DNA from: Candidatus Hydrogenedentota bacterium | Lineage (GTDB): Bacteria; Hydrogenedentota; Hydrogenedentia; Hydrogenedentales; SLHB01 | Reading direction: 5' to 3' | Assembly (NCBI GenBank): GCA_034408725.1 | Contig: JAWXCN010000156.1 | Location: forward strand, 1 to 24,906 | Length of the DNA stretch: 24,906 nt | Notes under the pieces: model-generated | The model's input: the letters and a program-made list of their open reading frames with translations, nothing else | Databases searched by the model: none | Told to the model about the DNA's origin: nothing | Part shown: positions 17,945-24,906 of the stretch, piece by piece | How the letters are laid out: every line of letters starts with the position of its first letter | Numbering within the stretch: position 1 is the first letter of the stretch | Made by a program: the position numbers and the translations under genes

Positions 17945-18172
17945 TCAGCCATTTTTTGCGCTCCACTTTAAGTTCAGTTTCTTTCGGTTTTGCGCACAAT
18001 CGCGCAAATACAGGTTGATGAGGTTTTGATAGGGCATGCCCAAATCCCCGGCGAGCGACTTGAAATATGCGACGGTCGTTTTGTCCAGCCTAATGGTGAT
18101 CGGTTGTTTGAGGCGTTTGAGGTAGGGATTCCTTTCGCCTTTCATTTTCGAGAAGTCGTAGTGGTCCCTCAT
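17945..18172 (-). CDS. brnA: BrnA-family antitoxin (ribbon-helix-helix), 75 aa
   Basis: MRDHYDFS...NPY...KQPITIRLD...YFK...GMPYQNLINLYLRDC; ATGA overlap with the toxin stop. Confidence 0.9.
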   Translation of the reverse strand: MRDHYDFSKMKGERNPYLKRLKQPITIRLDKTTVAYFKSLAGDLGMPYQNLINLYLRDCAQNRKKLNLKWSAKNG

Positions 18173-18462
18173 AAGATTGCACTCCAATAGTCGTGGTTTT
18201 CTCTTTTGTTCGCCTTGCGGGCGGAAATGATGCGGATAACAGAGTCGTTCGCGCGAAAGCAATGGCAAACGATTAGCACGCGCAGTTTCCAACTCATTCC
18301 AAGCATGAGAAAGCGGTCCTCATCTTCCGAATGATCTGGGTCGAAGTACCGGATGGCATTTTCGTCGAGAAAAACTGTTTGCGCTTCATCAAACGTCACA
18401 CCGTGCTTGCGTTGGTTTGCGCGGTTTTTCGGCTCATCCCATTCGACCTGTACGTCTGGCAT
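18169..18462 (-). CDS. brnT: BrnT-family ribonuclease toxin, 97 aa
   Basis: EWDEPKNRANQRKHGVTFDEA, HSEDEDRF, IRIISARKA; toxin-first gene order is typical of brnTA. Confidence 0.93.
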   Translation of the reverse strand: MPDVQVEWDEPKNRANQRKHGVTFDEAQTVFLDENAIRYFDPDHSEDEDRFLMLGMSWKLRVLIVCHCFRANDSVIRIISARKANKRENHDYWSAIL

Positions 18463-18468
18463 ACATAC

Positions 18469-18497
18469 AGTGTACATATAAGCCACATCGGCGTCAA
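18469..18497 (-). promoter_or_regulatory. Promoter of brnTA, probably giving a leaderless mRNA
   Basis: Minus strand TTGACG (18497-18492), 17 nt, TACACT (18474-18469), 6 nt, ATG (18462); no Shine-Dalgarno sequence. Confidence 0.7.
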
Positions 18498-18579
18498 TGG
18501 GCGCTCTACGTCACAAAAAAAATCGGGGTTCGGATTGGGTCGCTACTAAAACTGGCGCACCGAGTTCGACAATTCCTCT

Positions 18580-19491
18580 CTATCCATACCACGCCCAAAG
18601 CAGCAAGCCCCCCAGCGCCAGCGGCACGAGCGCGATGATAAACGCGCCAATACCACCTTTCGCCATGAGTTCAATGTGTTTTTCCTGCGGCGTAGTCGAC
18701 AGAATTAACGGCTCTTTCCGCGATCCATGCACAATGCGGTTGAGCGTGATTCGCACCGCGCGGTCGTTCAAATCGTCTTCAATCGCTGTCTCGTCCACAA
18801 TGTCCACAGCGTCCATTTCGTCCATGCCACCCTGAGACGCCCCCTCGAATTCCCCTACATCATCCTCCAAGCCTTCCTCTTCCTCGATTGGTTCCGGTTC
18901 CCGAAGCTTTTTCGAAAAAACGCCGAGAACAAAGATCGGATCACCATCATAAATTCGCTCCTCGCGATAACGATATTTCGAGTTCGGCCCCGTGTCGAAA
19001 TGGACCCATCCGCTGTCGGATTCACCGACCCGCACACGCGGCGGATTGCGATCCTCTGGCTCTTCAACCGCGCCATACCAATCGCTTTTGTCCGTCGGCG
19101 TGACGTCCGCGCCGGCGGGATCGACGACGCACACGCCCGATGCGTCGCGCACGAGAAACGGCGCGGCGCTCGTTTCATCACGCACCGTGGTCCAGTTCGT
19201 CGACCGAGCGGAATCACTGGTGTTCCTCACCAATTTCTCGATTCGCATGCGATACCAGCAACACGGCGACAACGTCAGCGGCGCTGTCACCGTCTGACCA
19301 TCGACGGCTTCCGCCTTTCCTTCGAATTCGACATAGCCCGGAATGGCCACCCGAATCGAGCTGGTCTTTGTCCGCTGCACCAGCGCCGCGTGTTGCCGCG
19401 CATACACACCTGCATAAACACAGATGCCGGCCATTGCGAGCAGAAACGCGAGCATGATGAGAAAGATTGGGAAAGGTATGGAGTCGATCAT
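18580..19491 (-). CDS. GIDE-domain membrane protein (bacterial homologue of the MUL1/MAPL membrane domain), 303 aa
   Basis: N- and C-terminal TM helices; TSSIR..IPGYVEFEG, APLT..PCCWY, PFLVRDASG.CVVDP.GA, YRYREERI..GDPIFVLG, PLILS. No RING domain. GAAGGG RBS. Confidence 0.78.
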   Translation of the reverse strand: MIDSIPFPIFLIMLAFLLAMAGICVYAGVYARQHAALVQRTKTSSIRVAIPGYVEFEGKAEAVDGQTVTAPLTLSPCCWYRMRIEKLVRNTSDSARSTNWTTVRDETSAAPFLVRDASGVCVVDPAGADVTPTDKSDWYGAVEEPEDRNPPRVRVGESDSGWVHFDTGPNSKYRYREERIYDGDPIFVLGVFSKKLREPEPIEEEEGLEDDVGEFEGASQGGMDEMDAVDIVDETAIEDDLNDRAVRITLNRIVHGSRKEPLILSTTPQEKHIELMAKGGIGAFIIALVPLALGGLLLWAWYG

Positions 19492-19627
19492 GGAGTCCCT
19501 TCCGTGTGGCGCGCACAGCTACTTGACGTCCAGAATACACCCGACTGATTTTAAGAAAAAATCGGACAATATTAGCATCGATTAATAACCTTAAAATAAT
19601 CTCCAGGGGCCGTTTTGTCGATGTCGT

Positions 19628-19671
19628 GGAGGGAGATGTGCCAGCACGGACGCTGGGGACAGCGCCCCTCC
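19628..19671. repeat. GGAG/GTAG-type REP-like element
   Basis: Minus strand GGAG-GGGCGCTG-TCCC-CAGCGTCC (19671-19648), a tetranucleotide followed by an 8-bp stem. An opposing GGAGGG lies at 19628-19633. Confidence 0.55.
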
Positions 19672-19745
19672 CGCGCTTTCTACGGAAAATGCCTTCGAAT
19701 TCGGAAGAAACTTGTGTGTGCGCGCAAAGCCCTCCCGCATAACCG

Positions 19746-19883
19746 GCCAAGGGGTGTCTGCGCTACCCGCTACGCCACCGCAGTCCAAATAGTCCTCCGT
19801 CCAAAACCACGTTTTAACAAGAAGACTATTTGGACTGCGGCGGCCCCCAAGGCACCGCTATGGCTGTTTATCACAGTCAGCCT
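19746..19883. repeat. REP-like/MITE-like repeat, TTTGGACTGCGG family, copy 1 (ends back-to-back)
   Basis: 21-bp inverted repeat 19774-19794 / 19824-19844 with one mismatch. 19800-19883 matches 23930-24013, and 19767-19794 matches 24148-24175 (27/28). Confidence 0.85.
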
Positions 19884-20100
19884 CCCCTTCTTCCCCTGTC
19901 CACCCAAAGCCGTCCAGCGCGTCAACATATCAATGTGATCACCAGCTATTACGACCCGCTTTGTAACGGGGGTTAATAATCATCAAAAAATTCCAACACG
20001 GTTTATACTGCGTATATTGTTCATCTTCCCATGTTCGTGCTAGCCTTTCGCGCTTTCTGGGCCAGAATACCTTGGTCTAAAACTACGCGTGGGAAATCCA

Positions 20101-21567
20101 ATGGCGATTCTTATTTCGTGTCCTTCGTGTTCCAAACAATTCAGAGTCACTGATCAAGCCGTCGGAAGGACCTGCGCATGCCCGCAGTGTCACGCGACGA
20201 TAACGGCACTTGGTGATCGCGTGCCCGATTATGATGTTTTCGTCAGCTATTCCAACAAGGATAAACACGTCGCGGACGCGGTGTGTGCGGCGTTGGAGAA
20301 TCGCCGGATTCGCTGCTGGATTGCGCCAAGGGACGTGCCGGGCGGGGCCCAATGGGGTTCGACGATAATCGATGCCATTTCCGAGTGCCAGGTCATGGTC
20401 CTCGTTTTCTCGGCCCATTCCAACCGGTCCAGCCAGGTTCTCCGGGAGGTCGGTACGGCGGTCGAAAACAGCACGATGATTATCCCGTTCCGGATCGATG
20501 AATGCCCGATGTCGAAAGATATGCAGTACCTTTTGAAACCGTTGCACTGGCTTGATGCGATGACCCCGCCGCTGGAAGACCATTTGCGGAAACTGGTCAG
20601 CCGCGTGCTTTCAGTGGTTAGCGAGCATCAGGAGGTCCCTCAACTTGTAATGCCGATGGACTCGCCTGCTGCGCCGCGGCCGGTTGAAGCAACGGCCACG
20701 AACAAGCCGGGAGTTCCAAAAAAATTTCTGTGGGGAGGCATTGCAATTCTCGCCACAATTGCAGTTCTTCTGACATTTTTGTGGCCGCCGGTCCCCGCTG
20801 AGGATGTCGCGAAGCATTCCACCGAAGCAGTCACTGCAATTGCGCCTGCCACTGCGCCCGAGCCCGGGGAAGGGCGCGCTTTCAATCTTTCAGACGCAGT
20901 GAGTATGGATTTCATTTGGATACCTCCGGGAACGTTCACGATGGGCAGCCCCGAATCGGAACCCAACAGGCTAGAGAACGAGACGCCACATGAAGTCGTT
21001 CTCACACAAGGATTCTGGTTTGGCAAGTATGAAGTGACACAATGGCAGTGGGAAGCGATCATGAGTTCCAATCCTTCGAGAAAAATAGGTCCGGATCAAC
21101 CGGTGGAACAAATAAACTGGTTTGATTGTCAGGAATTCATTGATAAAATCAATGCGGAACGACAGGGCATTTTTCGTTTTCCCACGGAGGCTGAATGGGA
21201 GTACGCGAGCCGGGCGGGAACGAATACGGCATACTTTTTTGGAGAGAATTCGGCGGACTTGGGAGCTTATGCCTGGTACGAATCAAACAATCGCGGTAGC
21301 CGACATCCTGTCGGACGCAAGTTACCTAACCCGTGGGGTTTGCACGACATTTACGGAAATGTCTGGGAATGGTGCGCAGATGTATATGCAGATTACCCAA
21401 GTGGCTCGGTGACGAATCCCGTAGGCCTGGCAACAGGCGGGTCACGCGTTTCGCGTGGCGGCTCCTGGTTTGTGGGCGGCGAATTTTGCAGGTCCGCCAA
21501 GCGTGAGGGCACTCCCGAGGATAATCGGCACATCAGCAGAGGTCTGAGATTGGTACGCGCACGATAA
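20101..21567 (+). CDS. Zinc-ribbon + TIR + transmembrane + FGE-sulfatase (SUMF1-like) domain protein, 488 aa
   Basis: CPSC...CPQC ribbon; TIR DVFVSYS...CWIAPRDV...VFS..SN.S..VLREV...IIPFRID; TM FLWGGIAILATIAVLLTFLW; FGE PPGTFTMGS, KYEVTQ, PTEAEWEY, PNPWGLHDIYGNVWEWC, RGGSW, GLRLVR. Alternative GTG start at 20089. Confidence 0.9.
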   Translation: MAILISCPSCSKQFRVTDQAVGRTCACPQCHATITALGDRVPDYDVFVSYSNKDKHVADAVCAALENRRIRCWIAPRDVPGGAQWGSTIIDAISECQVMVLVFSAHSNRSSQVLREVGTAVENSTMIIPFRIDECPMSKDMQYLLKPLHWLDAMTPPLEDHLRKLVSRVLSVVSEHQEVPQLVMPMDSPAAPRPVEATATNKPGVPKKFLWGGIAILATIAVLLTFLWPPVPAEDVAKHSTEAVTAIAPATAPEPGEGRAFNLSDAVSMDFIWIPPGTFTMGSPESEPNRLENETPHEVVLTQGFWFGKYEVTQWQWEAIMSSNPSRKIGPDQPVEQINWFDCQEFIDKINAERQGIFRFPTEAEWEYASRAGTNTAYFFGENSADLGAYAWYESNNRGSRHPVGRKLPNPWGLHDIYGNVWEWCADVYADYPSGSVTNPVGLATGGSRVSRGGSWFVGGEFCRSAKREGTPEDNRHISRGLRLVRAR

Positions 21568-21619
21568 CGTAGCTTCAATCAATTTGATTTACAGTCCCAT
21601 CTCGCGCAAAGCTTAAACA

Positions 21620-22939
21620 ATGCAAAAAACTAAATCCTCACGAATCCACGTTACGCGACGATCGTTTTTGAAACGTACAGCAATCGCTGCCGCGCCTATG
21701 ATCGTGCCCGGTTCCGTCTTCGGTCTCGACGGCACGGTAGCGCCGAGCAACCGGATTACCATTGGCTGCATCGGCGTTGGCGGACAAGGCAGCTCCAATA
21801 TGGGCGCGTTTTTGGCCCAGGCAGGCGCGCAAGTTGTCGCGGTGTGCGATGTCGATTGCGATCGGCGTGACGGCGCGAAGGCGCACGTCGATGGCCGGTA
21901 CAGCGACGACGGCTGCATGTCGTACAACGACTACCGTGAGATCATCGCGCGCGACGACATCGACGCGGTGTCCATTGGCACGCCCGACCACTGGCACGCA
22001 GTGATTACCTGCGCCGCCGCGCGCGCGGGCAAGGACATCTACTGCGAAAAGCCGTTGTCACTTACCATCGACGAAGGCCGCGCGATGGTGGACACTGTGC
22101 GCGCGTATGGGCGTGTGTTGCAGACGGGCACATGGCGGCGTTCGCGGCCGGGTTGCCGGCGCGCATGTGAGCTTGTGCGCAATGGTCGCATTGGAGAATT
22201 GAAAACCATCCGCATTGGCGTGCCCCTCGGATTCGCCATTCGCGGCGGCGCGCAGGACGAACTCGAAAAGCCGCAGCCCGTGCCGGAAAAGTTCGATTAC
22301 GACATGTGGCTCGGGCCCGCGCCGTGGGCGCCGTATGCGCCAGGCCGGTGTCATTTCAATTTCCGATGGATCATGGACTACGGCGAAGGCTACATCTCCG
22401 ACTGGGGCGCGCATTATTACGACATCGGACAATGGGCGAACGGCACGGACCATACCGGCCCAATCTCGGTTGAAGGCGTCGCGGAATTTCCGCGCACCGG
22501 CTTATACGACGGACCAATCAACCACGAGCTCACGTTTACCTATGCCAACGGCGTGAAAATGATCTCGCTTGCGACGGAAGACACCTCGCAATGGGGCATG
22601 CGCTACGAAGGCACGGACGGTTGGCTCCACGTCGAAAGTGACACCATTGTTGGCAATCCAAAGTCAGCTATCGAAGCGCCATTTGGCGTCAACGACGTGC
22701 GGCTCTACGCAAGTGACGACCATCACGCGAATTTTCTAAAATGCATCGTGACGCGAAATGAAACTGCCGCGCACGCGGAAATCGGTCACCGCTCCGCATC
22801 CATCTGCCACCTCGGAAGCATCTGCGCGCAACTCGGCAGACCATTGACCTGGGACCCGCGTGCCGAGCGCTTCGATGATGATCACGCAAACCGCCTGTTA
22901 TCGCGGCCCATGCGAAGTCCGTGGAGTTTGTACGTTTGA
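21620..22939 (+). CDS. Tat-exported Gfo/Idh/MocA-family oxidoreductase, 439 aa
   Basis: Twin-arginine TRRSFLK, GCIGVGGQG Rossmann motif, TPDHWH, YCEKP, DMWLGPAP, DWGAH. Confidence 0.92.
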   Translation: MQKTKSSRIHVTRRSFLKRTAIAAAPMIVPGSVFGLDGTVAPSNRITIGCIGVGGQGSSNMGAFLAQAGAQVVAVCDVDCDRRDGAKAHVDGRYSDDGCMSYNDYREIIARDDIDAVSIGTPDHWHAVITCAAARAGKDIYCEKPLSLTIDEGRAMVDTVRAYGRVLQTGTWRRSRPGCRRACELVRNGRIGELKTIRIGVPLGFAIRGGAQDELEKPQPVPEKFDYDMWLGPAPWAPYAPGRCHFNFRWIMDYGEGYISDWGAHYYDIGQWANGTDHTGPISVEGVAEFPRTGLYDGPINHELTFTYANGVKMISLATEDTSQWGMRYEGTDGWLHVESDTIVGNPKSAIEAPFGVNDVRLYASDDHHANFLKCIVTRNETAAHAEIGHRSASICHLGSICAQLGRPLTWDPRAERFDDDHANRLLSRPMRSPWSLYV

Positions 22940-22979
22940 GGTGGCGGAACTGCGAAGCGCAAAGCACTACAGCGTCTAC

Positions 22980-23798
22980 CTAAAACCCCAGGTCATCCAT
23001 CGCTTTTTGCTGTGCGTCGTCGCGCGACTGGCCGATCCCGCGGGCATCGCTGCGTGCCGCGCTCCCCGCGGCCGAACTTCCCGCGGAACTCATGCTGTTC
23101 AACTCGTTGCTGATCGCAATGCCCGTCATCGTTTCACCCAGAACGGGACTGCCCCCGCCCACTCCAACGGGACGCGGCTGACGCCCCTGCTGTGGTGGAG
23201 TCTGCGCGAGTGACCCTCCGCCACCCGCCGCAGTGGGCGTGTCGGCCAACGTTCCGGTAGGATCCCAAACCTTGCCGGTCTGATTGTCATACACAAACTT
23301 GACGCCATTCACGGTCAGTGGAAGTGTTGGCAGGTAATTCGGCACAAGCGCGTCCAACGTCGGCGGATAATAGCCAACGGTCATGCCGTATTTTGTAATA
23401 GCCTGGTTCATTTGCTGAATTTTTTGGCCATTCGAATTTACCGGCGCGCGCACTGCTGCCGCTGGCTGCAACGGCGCATCAAGCAACGAACCCGTCGCCG
23501 GATCGTATCCATAGGGCGTACCGTCGGGTTTCGTCGGGATTACCGCCAAATGCTCTGGCACGAGTTCTTCCAGCGACGCAGGGTTTCGCCCGTGTTCCGC
23601 CGCAAAAGTCTGGATCGCGTTGTTGACCTCGATTTCCGACTTTGTTCCCTTGGCCTTGTTCAATGCGCGCACCGCCGTCTGCGCTTGCTTGGCCTGCAAC
23701 TCGCCCTGAATGGCCGTGGAAACCAACACGTCGGCAAGGCACCCGCTGAATGCCACCGCAGCCAACGACGCCATCAAAAGATATGTAAGTACGCGCAT
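22980..23798 (-). CDS. Lipoprotein with two GspG/pseudopilin-like globular repeats and a Gly/Ser-rich tail, 272 aa
   Basis: GGAGGAG RBS, signal peptide with lipobox FSG|C20, two repeats of AI..F/Y....G..P..L..LVP..L...P.....F/Y.YD..TG. Confidence 0.72.
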   Translation of the reverse strand: MRVLTYLLMASLAAVAFSGCLADVLVSTAIQGELQAKQAQTAVRALNKAKGTKSEIEVNNAIQTFAAEHGRNPASLEELVPEHLAVIPTKPDGTPYGYDPATGSLLDAPLQPAAAVRAPVNSNGQKIQQMNQAITKYGMTVGYYPPTLDALVPNYLPTLPLTVNGVKFVYDNQTGKVWDPTGTLADTPTAAGGGGSLAQTPPQQGRQPRPVGVGGGSPVLGETMTGIAISNELNSMSSAGSSAAGSAARSDARGIGQSRDDAQQKAMDDLGF

Positions 23799-23824
23799 GG
23801 AGACTCCTCCATTTGGATACTCCA

Positions 23825-23835
23825 AGTATAGCACA
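23825..23835 (-). promoter_or_regulatory. Extended -10 promoter for the lipoprotein gene
   Basis: Minus strand TGTGC-TATACT 26 nt upstream of ATG 23798; no recognisable -35. Confidence 0.5.
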
Positions 23836-23929
23836 TGAGGCTGCGCACGGCGGGTTGATCCAATTGCGCCTAAGGTACTCGCCCACAGGCACTTTTCTCC
23901 AAATATCCTCTACCCCAAGGTGGTCCTTC

Positions 23930-24175
23930 TCCAAACCACGTTTCAACACGAAGCCTATTTGGACTGCGGCGGCCCTCAAAGGCGCCGCTTTGGCTGTTTA
24001 TCACAGTTGGCCTGCCCTTAACACGCGCGCGCGCACGATGTCGTCGCTTATAAAAAGCCAACGCGGTGTCTACGCTCAGTCCAATTGGCAACCAACGGCC
24101 ACAATCTACCATTTGTCAGTTTGCTCCGGTGAGGCGAACGAGTCATTCCGCTCCGCCACCGCAGTCCAAATAGTC
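23930..24175. repeat. REP-like/MITE-like repeat, TTTGGACTGCGG family, copy 2 (ends facing inward)
   Basis: CTATTTGGACTGCGGCGGC near 23955-23973 and CCGCTCCGCCACCGCAGTCCAAATAGTC at 24148-24175 bracket about 220 bp. Homologous to 19746-19883. Confidence 0.85.
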
Positions 24176-24176
24176 T

Positions 24177-24197
24177 CATAGGTCCCATAGGTCCCAT
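24177..24197. repeat. 9-bp tandem repeat CATAGGTCC x2.3
   Basis: CATAGGTCC CATAGGTCC CAT directly beside the repeat end. Confidence 0.5.
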
Positions 24198-24218
24198 CCC
24201 CTCCCATTTCCTTCCCCC

Positions 24219-24259
24219 AAAAATACCCGCGGCGCGGAAGGTTTACTCCCGCGCCGCGG
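24219..24259 (-). terminator. Rho-independent terminator of amtB
   Basis: Minus strand CCGCGGCGCGGGAG-TAAAC-CTTCCGCGCCGCGG (14-bp stem, one G-U pair) followed by GTATTTTT, 34 nt after the amtB stop. Confidence 0.8.
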
Positions 24260-24293
24260 AGGTCAGCGCAATGCCACGAACGTCGCCCCGTTG

Positions 24294-24906
24294 TTACGAC
24301 AAGTTGTAGCCGGCTTCGTTATGGCTCGTAACGTCAAGACCTTCGGTTTCCGACGCCTCGTCCACACGCAAGCCGACGATAAGATCGACGACCTTATAGA
24401 GAATGAAAGAGACCACGGCGCAATACCCAATCGTTACTCCACACGTGAGCAACTGGATTCCCATTTGCTTCGCAAGGCCAGGGTACGCCGTGAACGTCCC
24501 GCCGAGGGCCGGGTTCGCGAAAACACCGGTCAGCAACGCGCCAACAAGACCGCCAATACCGTGAACGCCGAACGCGTCTAGCGCGTCATCATAGCCAAGA
24601 GCTCTTTTTAGCGTTGTCGCGCCAAAGAAGCAGACCAGGCCGGCTGCAAACCCGATTGCGATAGCACCCATCGGCCCCGCCGAGCCGGAGGCCGGCGTTA
24701 TCGCCACGAGGCCGGCAACAGCGCCAGTGATGATACCGAGCGCGCTGGGCTTGCCATGCTTCAACCATTCAATCACCATCCACGTTACCGCGGCCATTGC
24801 CGTTGCAATGTGCGTTACCAACATCGCCATGCCGGCCGTACCGTTGGCTGCCAACGCGCTGCCGGCGTTAAACCCGAACCAGCCGACCCACAGCATGCCC
24901 GCGCCG
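24294..24906 (-). CDS. amtB: Ammonium transporter, 5' part outside the window
   Basis: LWVGWFGFNAGS, GAVAGLVAITP, DDALDAFGVHG, E..GLD...H.E..Y C-terminal motif. The frame stays open to the window edge. Confidence 0.96.
   Translation of the reverse strand, partial: GAGMLWVGWFGFNAGSALAANGTAGMAMLVTHIATAMAAVTWMVIEWLKHGKPSALGIITGAVAGLVAITPASGSAGPMGAIAIGFAAGLVCFFGATTLKRALGYDDALDAFGVHGIGGLVGALLTGVFANPALGGTFTAYPGLAKQMGIQLLTCGVTIGYCAVVSFILYKVVDLIVGLRVDEASETEGLDVTSHNEAGYNLS

Noticed and set aside
18580..19491. Active E3 ubiquitin ligase
   Set aside because: The GIDE family name implies it, but the protein has no RING domain and no ubiquitin-like, E1 or E2 genes are nearby.
19615..19938. Similar short ORFs 19615-19938 and 23813-24181 sharing KPRFN..IWTAAA
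   Set aside because: The similarity is just the translation of the shared DNA repeat, and the frames diverge after an indel.
21440..21567. DGR variable region at the FGE C-terminus
   Set aside because: FGE domains are classic DGR targets, but no template repeat or reverse transcriptase is in the window, and the codons at the usual variable positions (TTT GTG, GAA, AAG, GAG) lack a consistent NNC pattern. A remote DGR cannot be excluded without a genome search.
20880..21567. Sulfatase-maturing formylglycine-generating enzyme
   Set aside because: The catalytic Cys pair after RGGS is absent (RGGSWFVGGEFCRSA has one Cys), it is fused to TIR/TM, and no sulfatase is adjacent.
24060..24150. c-di-GMP-I or other riboswitch upstream of the lipoprotein gene
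   Set aside because: GCAAAC is present on the minus strand, but the GAAA tetraloop and GACGCAAAG elements are missing, and the segment lies inside a repeat element upstream of the predicted promoter.
19746..24175. CRISPR array
   Set aside because: The repeats are dispersed and inverted, not regularly spaced direct repeats with unique spacers; no cas genes.

Overview
Bacterial chromosomal window, moderately GC-rich. The gene repertoire (Tat-exported Gfo/Idh/MocA enzyme, zinc-ribbon/TIR/FGE fusion, beta-helix surface protein) is typical of PVC-like or Hydrogenedentota-like lineages, but the taxon is inference only. The left half is mostly minus-strand: FmdB zinc-ribbon gene, argD-argF-(YfiT/DinB thiol transferase)-argG-argH, a REC-GAF-HD-GYP regulator, a glycosyltransferase fusion, and a second REC-HD-GYP regulator. 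This run is interrupted by a plus-strand pair: a 129-aa PD-(D/E)XK nuclease and a Dam-family m6A methyltransferase. The right half holds membrane/secreted proteins, a BrnT/BrnA toxin-antitoxin pair, a GIDE-domain membrane protein, a Zn-ribbon-TIR-TM-FGE receptor-like protein, an oxidoreductase, a lipoprotein with duplicated pseudopilin-like domains, and the 3' part of amtB. At least three families of REP-like intergenic palindromes are present. Most notable: (i) two HD-GYP response regulators with complementary lesions; (ii) a Toll-receptor-like TIR-TM-FGE protein with a compositionally distinct sensor half, next to GIDE and BrnTA and inside an 84-bp direct-repeat bracket; (iii) a minimal nuclease/Dam pair with a GATC inside its putative -35 box. 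No rRNA, tRNA, CRISPR array, transposase, integrase or reverse transcriptase was seen. All family calls come from motif recognition by eye; no database searches were run.
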